A stretch of DNA of 64,000 nt from Octopus vulgaris (GCA_951406725.2 OX597814.1:175336001-175400000); one strand, 5' to 3'. Positions 1-13,429 are shown, numbered from the stretch's first letter. The notes: generated by a model from the letters alone, not told the origin. Numbers and translations: made by a program.

Positions 1-559
1 CAATTTCGGCTGATTAATCTTGAGATTGCTCCAATCTGGCCAGCCCAAAGGAAAAACTAAGCTAAGAGCATTAGATTCCTTGGAAGAAAGCATCGAATGT
101 ATACAAAAACTAGGATGGAAAAACAAATAATGTTACAAAAATATAAATACAATAAATACAAATATAAAAACAATAAAAATAATAAAAATAATAACAGGAC
201 ATAACAACAGGTGTCTTTCGACTGGGGACGAATTGAATTAAGCTGGCGCGTGTAGAAATGAAATCTTACAGCAGAGATACAAAGACTTCAAAAGCACAGA
301 GAAGAATATCGATGTTGCACGGACGACGGTCAGATCCAGAGAGAGCGAGCAGTAGACCGATCGGTCACGTGGGAAGAGAAGAGAGAGAAAAATAGAAGCA
401 GAGGAACAAAAGAATTAAGGAGGGAGAAGAGAAGAGAGAGAGAGAGTTGTAGAAGCAGATGGACAGAAGAATTAAGGAGGGGTGAGAAAAAAATGACAGG
501 GACATGTCCCTAGACAAACTAAAAACACTGACGCAAAGAATAGCTTCTCCAGACTTGTG

Positions 560-1200
560 GTAGATGCATCAAATATCATCCAGAAGGCTGTTCTTTTTCT
601 GTTAAGGAACCGGAGATAACTAAATACTTCATCAATAAAAGAGGTAAAGAAGCCTCTAAATATCCAACTTGTAATGCAAAATGAATGTCGATCGTGTCAG
701 TGTAATAGATATCACCTATACCGTTAGCAATTGTTCAAAAATGCCCGCTAGGTACAGCATTGTTAAGAGACATAAAATGGTTGCTGAAACCATTTAGAAT
801 GCAAGGTTTGTTCTGATAGCCAAACCGAAGCACACCAGAATTAAAATGTATCTACACATTTAATATGAGGAATACTGGCCGAACATTCCAATAAAAGTAG
901 CAAATCGATGCAAATACAAAGGGCCTAATATTATTTCGTCGGACTGGAAAACGTCATACATTACTACAAAGGTCAGCCACCCACTGAATGTCTCATCTAA
1001 ATCAGAGAAAAGATGAATATCTATTGAGAACTAAGGAGAAAATTATATTCAGACAAAGTATTTTTGCCTGTACTGAGGGTCTATAAGAGCCGAGTTCATC
1101 TGATATATCGGTCTGGAAACCAGAGAACCAAGAAAAAAAAAATCACTCAATAGCTGACAAGGTATGAAACCAGACATGTTACATATGACAAAAAAGTCTT
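560..1200 (+). pseudogene. Decayed R4/Dong-clade non-LTR retrotransposon, C-terminal zinc knuckle and restriction-like endonuclease remnant
   Basis: Frameshifted translation gives CRSC...DITYTVSNCSKMPARYSIVKRHKMVAETI...EYWPNIPIKVANRCKYKGPNII. This matches the CCHC/RHD/PD-(D/E)xK region of R4/Dong ORFs and the younger copy at 19889-20510. Confidence 0.65.
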
Positions 1201-1270
1201 GGAGTCGTGCATATCTGCCTGTCTGTCTACATGTTTGTTTTTCTATTCATCTTTCTATTGTCCCGTTTGC

Positions 1271-1356
<86 letters not shown>

Positions 1357-1494
1357 GTCTGACTGTCTGTTTGCTTGCTAAGTTCTAACTGCGATCTTTC
1401 GAAGCAAAACAGCTAGTATTAATATATGTGTGTGTGATTGTATGTGATTGTGCGTGTGTGTGTGAGTGTGTGTACGTATATATATATATATATG

Positions 1495-1546
<52 letters not shown>

Positions 1547-1665
1547 CATAAGTACATGTGTGTGTGTATAAACACACAAACTCACATAAACACATAGACA
1601 CGCATGTATACACATACAAGCACACACACACACGCACAACCACACACACACACATACACAAACAC
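1271..1665. repeat. Compound microsatellites (CTAT)n, (TA)n, (CA)n
   Basis: Directly visible; the source of the spurious SIYL/YIYI/HTHT ORFs. Confidence 0.95.
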
Positions 1666-2155
1666 CATAAGTCTTTTACCCCCCTGTACCGATTGGTTGT
1701 GAAATTTACCCATCTACTTAAACTGTAGTTATGTCTCTTTCTCTCTCTCGCTCGCTAGTACATGCGTGGAAACGTGTCATACTTTTCGGCATCCATGGAC
1801 TAATATGTAACTTTTTTTTACTAAATTCCAAAATCTACTTATCGATTTCGGTGTTTCTCTTCTGATTCCAACAGATATTAACCGTCACCCAGCTCCTTCT
1901 GTATGTATAAGACAAGAAGAAGAAAATGCTTTGAGAACTTTATATAGGTAAAAGAAAGTATTTACATTTTTATTAAAATATGCTACCGGTTTCAATCGCT
2001 TAAAAGAAAGATTTACTGATGCTTCAATAATATGAAAACGTTCATATGATTTACTTACAAAAACATTTGTACATGTTAAGTAAGATTATATTGAAGATAT
2101 AGAGTATCATGGAAGTATATAAGAGGTAGGGGTACTGAAAAATGTTGAGGAATCC

Positions 2156-2255
2156 AGATCTGAAGATTGGGAGTATGTCGACCCGAGTAAGTATTGAAAC
2201 TAGATACCTCGTATCTAATCAATACCGACATACTTTCATGAAACACGTGTACTCT
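2156..2255 (+). ncRNA. Type I hammerhead ribozyme motif (Penelope-like pLTR type)
   Basis: agat-CTGAAGA-t-[tgggagtatgtcg...cgacatactttca, 13-bp stem II]-t-GAAA-cacgtg-TA-ctct. Intact core, palindromic stem III, GUA cleavage triplet; the first pair of stem I is mismatched. Confidence 0.75.
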
Positions 2256-2482
2256 TATAAACGGAAAATACAGGATTCTGAATAGATATAGTTAGTATAC
2301 GATTTAATTTTTAAAATTTTATGGAGTGGTCGGATATAAAATCTTTCAGTGTTGATTGAGTTGAAGGTGGTTCTGTGTCGAAAATTATTTTTAGATATAT
2401 GAATTAAACATTGATAGATGTTCATTTTAGTATATCTAAGTTGAATGTCTTTTTCCTGTGTACTCAGTAATATTCCCTAATA

Positions 2483-2487
<5 letters not shown>

Positions 2488-2565
<78 letters not shown>

Positions 2566-2580
2566 TGTATGTATGTATGT
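2488..2580. repeat. (TA)n/(TATG)n microsatellite
   Basis: Directly visible. Confidence 0.95.
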
Positions 2581-3434
2581 CTATTACATCTGAATATTAT
2601 GTATGAGCATCAATAGATATCAATGTAGATGTGTGTGCATCTGTGTACACACATACACACACACACTCATGTACGCGCACGTATGTGTACATCAGCCATT
2701 GTATGTTTACCTCTTGTTATACATACAAGCCTTCCTTTGTCTCGCTATCCCTCCCGCTATCTATTACAACTCTACTTAAGCCGTAACCCTCACCTTTCTC
2801 TCGCCTTCCAACACTTAATTCCTATTTCTGCAACCTCATATATCTGCTCAAAAAATTAAATTTCTAAAGTAAACAGTACCTTTCTTCACAAAAGAGCTTA
2901 TCCACTTAAAAACCCACCTGTCTATATAGAAAAATATCGACTATATATAGAATTCTCCATACATTATTAATATCACTCGTACAAACCAAATTCAATGCTA
3001 GTTCAATTGATTCATGGTTGCACCAATTCACACGAAACATCTCAAACTGACAGTTTACTCTCTCCAATTTATTCTAATTAATTATTCTTTTAAATCCCCA
3101 AAGTAGACACTCACCTCCACAAATGGTAATCAGTCTCCCAGTTCATACTCTCAGATGTTCAAATTGAAAATTATCATTTAATAAAAGCATATAATGATAA
3201 AAAAAACTCACTCAATAAATAAAGTACATCACATTTCGAGTCAAATGCAGCCTCCATAGTAAAAGAAAAAAAAACAAAAGAAAAAACAAAGCAAAACACA
3301 AAACAAAAAACAAACAAAACACACACAAAAGTCTCACAATCAGAATAACTTTTGATGAAATTTCTAGTTACTCTGTGAATTTCAAGTAGCTGTAGAAAAA
3401 ATCTTTACTTTATATATTTATCGAGTTCTTATTT

Positions 3435-3461
3435 TGTTTGAGGTATTCTCTCTGTTTCACA

Positions 3462-3493
<32 letters not shown>

Positions 3494-3556
3494 TCAGCAC
3501 TTATATATGTACATAGTCTTGCATATATTATTTAAAAAAAATAACTGGAAAATAAT

Positions 3557-3608
<52 letters not shown>

Positions 3609-3643
3609 TGTGTGTGTGTAAAACAGAGAGAATACCTCAAACA
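3435..3643. repeat. Inverted repeat: 22-bp unique arm extended by (CA)n/(TG)n
   Basis: tgtttgaggtattctctctgttt(cacaca..) at 3435 versus (..gtgtgt)aaaacagagagaatacctcaaaca ending at 3643. Confidence 0.85.
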
Positions 3644-3835
<192 letters not shown>

Positions 3836-4385
3836 GGAGGAGAAGGACGAAATATTCAATCAAAAGACAAATTATATTCTGGTGATGTCCTATAGTGAAG
3901 AGAAAACTGTTGCTAACATCCTTTGTAATAAAGATGTCAATTATGTTAAAAAAAAAAACGTTCTACTGAAATATCATTAAACATAAAAATAATACAAATA
4001 ATTTTTATTTCACGAAACAAAAGTTGACCACTTAAATAAATTAAAGACGATAAAAAAGTTTGATCTCTTACCAATGAGTAAACTTTTTTTACAAAAAAAA
4101 ACCATTTATATATTTTGCTTTTACTTTGCATGAACAAACCTATTTGAAATCCAATTCCTACTCTAGAGTTCATTGCATGTCTTTCTCTAGGGATTTTCTA
4201 AACTACAAGAACACGTATTTTGGGAAAGGGAATAGTCAATATACATCAAAACCGGTACTTACTGGTACTTTATTTGATATTTTTTAAAGGCTTAAATCAT
4301 CAGAAAAATGGTGGGGAAGGGAGAACGACCTTTTTTCCTGCAGGGTCCATAAGAATGTTGGTGAAATTAGAGGAAGAAGTGTTTT

Positions 4386-5020
4386 TAATAATAATAATGA
4401 AATTATTGTATACAGTGCTCAGGTGCACCACAACTTGTCAAACGTGCGTATAAAGCATATGCAGTAATGTACAAATGTCTGGAAAGTGAACAGTGTATGA
4501 GTCAGATACATGCTTGCGTATGTATGGAGAGGAGAAAATCAGGTGTAGTGTTGGCGAATCTCAAGAAGCAAGGAAGTTTTGAAGGATGCAGTGCTTCGAC
4601 AACTAATTAATTGTACTAATTAAGTAACTCTTAGCGTGAAAAAATGTTTCTGAAAGTCATGGGAGCTGTGCTGTTTTCTGAGTTTGTAAACATGTTCACG
4701 GGTGTTAGACAGGTGGAGTTTGAAAATGTGCTCAGAGTTATTGTTTGTAAGATGGTTAATAATTTTATGGGTGTCTGCCAAGTCAGCTGCCAGACGTCGG
4801 AGTTTCAATGTATCCATGCCCAGGGAAGTAATACGTTCAGAATATGGCAAATGCCTGATGGAGGATATTCTCTTGGTTGCACGTCGCTGAACGGCTTCCT
4901 GACGATTAATATCCTGGGCAAGATAGGGGTTCCAGACCGGTGATGCGAATTCCAGGTGAGGCCGCAGCATAGCTATATAAAGCCCCAGATAGATAGCCGG
5001 AGAGCGGCTCACAAAGGACT
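4386..5020 (-). mobile_element. 5'-truncated CR1-clade LINE (end of ORF2 and 3' UTR)
   Basis: ORF 4620-5012 reads LYIAMLRPHLEFASPVWNPYL..QEAVQRRATKRI..LPYSER..LGMDTLKLRRL..HFFTLRV, a typical CR1 RT C-terminus; short (TTA)n tail. Confidence 0.9.
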
Positions 5021-5822
5021 TTCAGATTAGCGAGTAGGTTGTAATGCTTAAAATTTTGAAGGGTTATAACAGAGTTGCATAGGCAGTCAAAGATAAGGTG
5101 GTAGAGTTAAAGAGGGCGACGGATTAAGTCTGTTAATCAAACATAGGTACAATCCCTTTGATGTTTTCTACACTGTTTCTGTCCAACCAAATTAATTACA
5201 AGTTTTTGGGTCTGTGTGAAGCTATGATGGAAGATACTTGCGAAATTGTTGCGCAGTAGGATAGAAGCCAGAACCACGTGATTGCGATTTGAGCATCTTA
5301 ACTACATGTCCATGTCTGAACAGGACGAAAGGGAAGTTCGACTGGTGTGAAATTTGTACTTAGAACGTAAAAGAACACAAATCAATACCGCTAGACATTT
5401 TGTCCGAAAATTACCCCCACTAAGATGTTAACAATGAAATATTAGTTTGTCAGATAAATTCGTTTGCTTTTTCCCCCTCCATCATAATATAATCCTTTCC
5501 AATATTATTTGAATTAATACGCAAAGTATGTTTATGGTAGTGTTATATGCTTTTGAAATTTGAATAAATTTTTACCTGTTTTCAGACGTATGCCGATGGA
5601 GTGCCAAATAGAAAAAAAGGAAAACAAAAAAAAAAAATATGTAATAGCACAACAGATCAGAGGTTTTATACTCGTTCGGCTCTGTGGGTTACATTGAAAC
5701 ATAAACCAGATTTCACGGGCCGGATAAAGATAGTTATTCCCAAAAAACATTTTTCAATGTAGACCAAAGTAAACGGATTAAGGCGTCCAGTATATATTAT
5801 AACAACTCTGACTGCATGCTAG

Positions 5823-5872
<50 letters not shown>

Positions 5873-6221
5873 AAATAAGCAACAAGGATATCCAAGGTAG
5901 CGTAGTACAATCATTTCATGCTACTTCATTTTATTAAACACTATAAGTATTGCATCAGTTTTAAAATGTCGAGCAATCTTCAGCCACATATAGAATTTTT
6001 TAATTAAATGGACAATGTACATTTTTTATACTTATTTCATTTGCCAACATTACAAAGAGGGTAGATATATAGACAGAGAGGTTAATTTCATCATTAAGAA
6101 CATGGTATTAGAATGTCCTTCTCCATCTGTAGATTTTTTATCACTGAGTTCACTTTGTTATTTAGATCTATCAGATATATATATAACAAAGTGGAGTTGT
6201 AAGGTACCGCACGAGTAGAAT

Positions 6222-6481
6222 TATATATGAAAGAAGGTTTGAAAATGCAATTTTAAAACATGTTTATTCACTTTACCGGTTTCACTTTTTTAGAAAAAGA
6301 TTGTCCAAAGTAACATGTAAAAGCTTTGTTGTGCTACGTACTGGTTGTCACAAAATATGACAATATATATATACATTCTTTGATAATAATAAGAACATGT
6401 TAAAAACAGTTTACAAAGGAAAATCTTGGGAAAATATAAAAAAATTTAACAAGTTCATTAAAATATTGGGCACAAAAGATT

Positions 6482-6559
<78 letters not shown>

Positions 6560-7098
6560 CGCAGGAGTAGCTGTGTGGTAAGTAGCTTGCTAACCAACCA
6601 CATGGTTACACTGTCCCTTGAAATAGAAAATAGTCTTTTACGATATGGTGAATCAGGTCAGTTCAAACTAAATATATCTCCCCCATTGTACATATATATA
6701 CCACCAAAATGTGACTTTTTTGAACTTATAATTTTCTGTGTATATAGATACAATACCAATATTCCTCTGAACTTTTTAATAATTCTTTCTGTAACCTGTT
6801 TTTAACATTTTCTTAAGAATGTATATATATATTGTAATCTTTTGTGCCCAATATTTTAATGAACTTGTTAAATTTTTTTATATTTTCCCAAGATTTTCCT
6901 TTGTAAACTGTTTTTAACGTGTTCTTATTATTATTATCAAAGAATGTATATATATTGTAATATTTTGTGACAACCAGTACGTAGCACAACAAAGCTTTTA
7001 CATGTTACTTTTGACAATCTTTTTCTAAAAAAGTGAAATCGGTAAAGTGAATAAACATGTTTTAAAATTGCATTTTCAAACCTTCTTTCATATATATA
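6222..7098. repeat. Long inverted repeat (~270-bp arms, 6222-6490 and 6822-7098) of a Penelope-like pLTR with a decayed hammerhead
   Basis: The arms are near-identical reverse complements. Each contains actt-TTGACAA (TGGACAA in the other arm)-stem-GAAA-(c/t)cgg-TA-aagt. The spacer holds (TA)n and a truncated SINE head. Confidence 0.85.
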
Positions 7099-7349
7099 TA
7101 TATTTACAGAACATTTCATAATTAAAAGCAAAGACAATGAAAAGAATATGACAGGCCAAACATTGCCGCCGACCAGATCTGTCCTGCGGGCCGCATGTTT
7201 GACGCCCTGAAATAGATGGTATAGCAATAAAATTCCGCGTTTACTTTTGAAAAACGAAAATATTGTTAAAATTTGTTGTTGCAAAATTAAAGTATTATTA
7301 TTTTTCAGTTTCAATTTCGACTACAATTTGGGGAATAGGTTTTGATAGG

Positions 7350-7545
7350 ATCTCTACACAAGCGTTTGATCTGCTTAAAATAGCAACTGAATTTCTCTCA
7401 AATTACCCCCAGTCGTTTTAAAAAAAGGAAGGACATACCGGATAATGTAGTTCTAGGGAGACTGTTCGAATGAAAGATGAGATGGTCACAGAGAGAATGA
7501 CTTCGATCAACCGCTATTTGATCAAAGATGATCTACAGCTAAACC
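7350..7545 (+). mobile_element. Old short interspersed repeat (..tcgacctgctagaaatagcagccaaatct..ggataatgtagtc..gctaaac(aac)n family)
   Basis: Related decayed copies at about 8915-9030(-), 13220-13340(-), 26452, 27135, 45835-46010, 49150-49780, 49820-49990 and 55635-56275. Confidence 0.6.
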
Positions 7546-8350
7546 ACCACGACCACCACCATGACCACCACGACGACTACCACGACGACGACGACCAGCG
7601 CCGCCGCCGCCGCCAAGCTGAAATGTTGTCGGAGCGTAGTATTTTACGATTCTGATGCAACTCAGAGAATATGCTGCAAATTCGTATGATAATTCCAGTG
7701 AATTCCAGGACTTGATGTGATAAATTTTCAAGTTTACTCTTTCTTTCTTTTTGTTTTCCCTGAGGTTTGAAGGAAGGATCGGTGGCGCTCATCATGAGAA
7801 TGATATTTTTGTTGGTCTTTCATGAAACCGACTCGGAGGGAGAGAGTCATAGAGAGAAAGATAGAGATAGATAGATAGACAGATAGATTGATAGATAGAT
7901 AGAGGGAGAGAGAGAGAGAGTATGACAGAAAAAAATTAAGAAAATCTACTTCAGTATCTGATACTTTATCGACACCGAAGAGATGAAAGCAAAGTTGGCC
8001 TCAGTGGGATTTGAACTCAGTGTGCAGAGAACGGGAAAAAATGTCGCAAGGCATTCTATCAAACATTCTAACGACAGTCTACCAGTTCACTGCCTTGCAT
8101 AATTTACTGCAGAAGCATTACGACTTTCATTGGGTAATATTCAAAATGAGTTATTTGATAAAACTGAAATTACAGATATCAAAGCAGAGAGCTTGTTTTA
8201 AGGCAGCTCTCGCCGGCAACAGTCATTAAAAAATAACTATTATACAATATAGAGACATCGGTGTTACCTGATATTATATCATTACCAATATGTTTTATTA
8301 TGCAATGCTGGCAACTAGTTATTTGTAAAACGATTGCAGGGATTTGACTA

Positions 8351-8519
8351 GCGCAGGAGTGGCTGTGTGGTAAGTAGCTTGCTTACCAACCACATGGTTC
8401 CGTGTTCAGTCCCACTGCGTGGCACTTTTGGCAAATGTCTTCTACTATAGCCTCGGGCCGACCAAAGCCTTGTGAGTGGATTTGGTAGACGGAAACTTAA
8501 AGAAGCCCGTCATATATAA

Positions 8520-8579
<60 letters not shown>

Positions 8580-8790
8580 ATATATGTTTGTGTGTCTGTG
8601 TTTGTCCCCCCAACATCACTTGACAACCGATGCTGGTGTGTTTACAGCCCCGTAACTCAGTGGTTCGGCAAAATAGACCGATAAAACAAGTACTAGGCTT
8701 TCAAAGAATAAGTCCTGGGGTCGATTTGCTCGACTAAAGGTGGTGCTCCAGCATGGCCGCAGTCACATGACTGAAACAAGTAAAGGAAAG
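8351..8790 (+). mobile_element. tRNA-derived SINE, family A (Octopus-type, internal (TA)n)
   Basis: A-box TGGCTGTGTGG and B-box GTTCAGTCC, a ttggcaa(a/g)tgtctt core and an internal microsatellite; multiple copies in the window. Confidence 0.9.
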
Positions 8791-9049
8791 AAAAAGAGAG
8801 TTGTTCGAAAATCTGTCCTTTTTCGCATTGTCAAAACGACTTTGAATATTGCATTAAGTGTACTAATGTCTACGGACTGATCAACCACTTTCACTATAAT
8901 ACAAGTAGTTTCATTGTTGTTTAGCCCCAGTTCAGCACCAACTAAATAAATTTATGACCAAAGACGACAGTTCCAGCTTTCAGACACAGTGAACTTAGGA
9001 TCGCATTATCCAGTGTTTCCGTAGGATAAATGATGATGCGTCACAAAAA

Positions 9050-9530
9050 GTGGCTACAGTAGAGGAAAGCGAAGTTGAACAACTAGAAAACTACATGTAT
9101 TTAGGACAAAGGATAGATGTGAAAGAAAAAGGCCAAGAGAAAGAAATAAAGGGGAGATTAATGTTAGGCTGGGTTTCTTTCAACAAGCACTACAGTGTTA
9201 AGAAATCAAACCGACAAGGTCGCCTTAAAAGAAAAAAAATTCTAAACTAATGCATAACACCAGAAGTCTTTACAGATCAGAATCGTGGACCCTAACAACA
9301 GCAATGGAGAGAAAACTGGCAGCGTGCCAACACGAAATGTGCGATCAATGTTTAGCATAACATTAAAGACAAAAAGACAAACAAACGGGTAAGAAAACTA
9401 ACGAAAGTAGACGATATTCTTACAAATGTAAAACGGAGAAACTGGATGTGGGTTGGACTCATCAACAAAAGGAGAGACAACCATTGGGAAAAAAATCATC
9501 ACGGAATAGCGATCGATGACGCGCCAAAGA
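9050..9530 (+). pseudogene. RTE-clade LINE RT C-terminal fragment
   Basis: EVEQLENYMYLGQRI..EKEIKGRLMLGWVSF, followed by frameshifted ESWTLT..MERKL and a decayed W.G..R motif. Confidence 0.75.
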
Positions 9531-10987
9531 AGCATTATTATTGATTGTTGTGGTTGTTGAAAGTTCTTTCTGCTTTCCATAACAAGCAGATACCTTATGT
9601 AACACTCAATTCTGTTTTTCTTTTTAATTTCATTCTACGCAATAGCTTTCAAAATAAATAATAGTCTCGAAGAAAAAATAATTCTTGAGGAGAGAGAGAG
9701 AAAGCAAAACTAGAAAACTTTCTACTAATAAAAATGTTGCATAAAGTAAACCAATAACTTATTCGTTTTACTCTATATTTTGTTCGTTTTTTTTTTACTA
9801 TTTTAACTTTAAATGCAGCTGAGATTTAGTTTTGGCTTTTCAAGTTGTTAAATATCAGTAATATTCTCATGTTCAGTTAATCAACTACAGTGTTTTCGGT
9901 GGTTGAATTTAAAAAAAACCACAGAAACGGATTTAAACCTGGTTAGAAACAAATACTATACTGCCAGGACTTGATTTAAACAAGCTGGAGCCATGAGCCA
10001 GGGATTGGGTAACAACATGTGAATTACATTCAAATGGGGTAGAATAAAAATAAAACCAGTTGGTGGTAGTGCATACTGTCGGTTGGGTTATAAATCCCTT
10101 TCTCTGTAACATTGTTGACGTACCTGTCGAACTTTGAATAATTTACAGAGCACCTCTTCTACTCAGCATCAATAGTAAAGCACTAATGGAATTTAAGAAC
10201 AAAGCTGTTGTATTTTCGGTCGTCAAAAAGTACAAAGGACTTCAAAAATGCACACGTAGAAGCGACAAAAATGCTGTTGCTTTTTGAAACAACCTACTTT
10301 TGTTAAAATAAAAAAAAAAAAAAGATTTTCTGCACTTGAGAAATTGAACACAAAGACCAGAAAATCAGTTGACTCCTGCAACTAGCATCCAATTTACTTT
10401 GATATCAACAAACCCTGAAGTTTGATGTTATATTAAAAACGAAACAGTATCATTTTCCTAAAATCTAAATGACATTCTTCAGCCTTTTTACGTAATTAAT
10501 TTTATGTGCTATTGTATGTCAGCATCTTGGACTTTTTCCTTCGATACTCATGCTTGTGAACTGGAAAATTGATCCATAGTAATCCTTTTCGGCTTGGAAA
10601 TTGATCCATATTAATTTTTGTGAAATAATAAATTGATCCATAATAATTCTTGTCAACTATTTTGTTTTTTCATTAATAATGCTTTTAAATATAATTAAAA
10701 AATTCAAGAAATAAAATCAGTTGAACTTTGAAGACACATAAGTTACTCTGACATTAAAAACATCCTGATTTTGATGTTATATCAAAAAACATGAAGCATC
10801 GTTATTTTTCTCAAACATGAAGTGAAAAAGTTTTGAATAAAATTCTTTCGTTCTTCAATTATTTTTTAAATAAATTTTGTTCTTGTACTATTCATAATGT
10901 TACACTTCTTTATTTCTTGGTCCAATTGATATCTTTTTGAATATGCAGTTATATGAAACAATTTCAAGAGTAAGCATGTTTTATGAG

Positions 10988-11388
10988 TAGGAGTGGCTGT
11001 GTGGTAAGTAGCTTGCTTACCAACCACATGGTTCCGGGTTCAGTCCCACTGCGTGGCACCTTGGGCAAGTGTCTTCTACTATAGCCTCGGGCCGACCAAA
11101 GCCTTGTGAGTGGATATGATAGACGGAAACTGAAAGAAGCTCGTCGTATATATGTATATTTATATATGCGTGTGTTTATGTGCCTGTGTTTGTTCCCCCC
11201 CAACATCGCTTGACAACCGATGCTAGTGTGTTTACGTCCCCGTAACTTAGCGGTTTGGCAAAAGAGACTGATAGAATAAGTACTAGGCTTACAAAGAATA
11301 AGTCCTGGGGTCGATTTGCTCGACTAAAGGCGGTGCTCCAGCATGGCCACAGTCAAATGACTGAAATAAGTAAAAGAGTAAAAGAGTA
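10988..11388 (+). mobile_element. tRNA-derived SINE, family A
   Basis: Near-consensus copy with an (AAGAGTA)n tail. Confidence 0.9.
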
Positions 11389-11900
11389 ATATGTTTTTCC
11401 GTCTTAGAAGTCTGAAGGGTACTTTAATATCGAATGGGTTTTTGGATAATAGCTAAGGAAGATTTTTTTCCTCTTTGAGCTATGGAATTCTGTAGGGACC
11501 CTAATTAGCAATTATCTGTAGAGAATGAATAGATTTGTCGATTGTCACTGGCGATCTAAGTAATAGCATCCGAAAAGTTTCTGAAGCATATGTCTGAGCA
11601 AGATTTTTCTGGCTGAGTAGTAGTTACACATGCATGCAAGTCTCTTCTCTCTACGCCACTAAGGATATCTAGGAGAAAGGTGAGGACAATATAGTTCACC
11701 ACAAGTGTCGCCGCGGGCGTTGCTGTCATGGTTCAAAGAGTTGGTTGGAAGAGATATTGAAAAGTATTCCATTCATCGCTGTAAACAATTCCACCAGTCG
11801 TTCGCTCTGGATTGGTTTTATCTATTCATTGACTAGGAAAAGATAGAAATTGAATTCGGTAGAACTTGATTTGAGGCCAAAGAAAGTCGGAGCAAATACC

Positions 11901-12134
11901 TATTTCTTTACTACCCACAAGGGGCTAAACACAGAGGCGACAGACAAGGACAGACAAACGGATTAAGTCGATTATATCGACCCCAGTGCGTAACTGGTAC
12001 TTATTTAATCGACCCCGAAAGGATGAAAGGCAAAGTCGACCTCGGCGGAATTTGAACTCAGAACGTAGCGGCAGACGAAATGCTGCTAAGCATTTCGCCC
12101 GGCGTGCTAGCGTTTCTACCAGCTCGCCGCCTTC
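11901..12134 (-). mobile_element. tRNA-derived SINE, family B (gactttgcctttcatcctttcggggtcgat central domain, Meta/MESC-like) with 16-bp TSD
   Basis: TSD agtcggagcaaatacc at 11885-11900 and 12135-12150; inserted into an older family-B copy. Confidence 0.9.
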
Positions 12135-13429
12135 AGTCGGAGCAAATACCGTAAAGTAAATCTAACTGTCGCTCTGATAATTCTGCTACTTCATCGCATT
12201 TAACAATTAGAATACTACCCAGATATTGGTTTCTGATTTCGGCATAAGATCAGTAATTTTTAAGGAAAGGATTCATCGATTTCACTAACACCAGTACTTG
12301 ACTAGTACTTTATATTATTGACCTCTAAAGGATGAAAGACAAAGTTGACCTCAGTAAGATTGGAACTCAGAGCGTAAAGAACTGAAACAAATACCGCAAA
12401 GCACTTTTCCGACATTTTAACGATTCTGCCAACTCATTCAATGTCTCCTGGATACACAACACATCCTTTTGAGCGGGGTGGAAACGAGTATAATGTTAAT
12501 GTTTTAACTATCAAAATATACCTTTCACTATTAGATTTCAAGTTATTCATCAGTCGAAAAATAATACTAGAAAGTCGTTGCACTCAGTCATAAAATTACC
12601 GAATGTATTTAATTCTTAAGAGACTTTTGTAAACTTGTAATTGTCTGCGAATGAAATGTAATTTTCAAACATGATTAACTGATAAAAAAATTCGTAAAAG
12701 ATAAGAACTATTTATATAAATTTCTAAAATTATTAATTGGATGTAGAAGTTTAAAAATTTTTAAATAAGAGCAAATATCACGTAAATATAATAAACAATA
12801 CAATCATAGGTAAAACAAAAGAGATTAATGTCGAATGTCTGTAAGAAAACAAAAAGAAAGGTAATATTTGATATTTAAGCATAATTTTAAAATAACGAAA
12901 TCCTACAAAACCTGTGTAAATAATGATCTATTTCCAATAATTGCGTCTAATTTGTTAATTGTTGATAATTAGATTGAGTTAAGCCATCATTCCAATATAT
13001 TCTAGTAAAATTATATCCAATGAACGAAAAGGCGAGATTTTGAGAGACCTGTTTCAGATTGTGAGACCGTATAGCTTGTTTAGATTCTGCCTAAATCCAG
13101 TCCTGCATAGTATATATTGTAATTATAATTCTATTTTGTTTAATCTCAATTCTGTTAATTTCACTTTTGTTTGAGACGAGTTTGATATTGTTTTATTGCA
13201 AATGCATTGAGCTGAGTCGTTATTTTACCCTGGCTTAGATCTGGTCGAAGTGAATTATGACCAAAAGTATTTCAACTGTAATCATCTCATTTTTTTTTCT
13301 TGAACAATCTAGTTACATATCTAGTTACATTATTAATCTTGTGATAAAAAACTAATGGGCCTATGAAATTATTGTGAACTTAAATGAGACTTATCAAGAG
13401 TGCATATGACTGTTTGTTAAGGTGTATTC

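Noticed and set aside
1-540. Repeat-like segment with a possible ribozyme remnant at the left edge
   Set aside because: Truncated by the window edge and the core cannot be confirmed.
5570-5700. Splice-acceptor-like ttttcag followed by a short frame (similar sites at about 10148 and 39492)
   Set aside because: No recognisable protein, no paired donor, and such motifs are frequent in AT-rich DNA.
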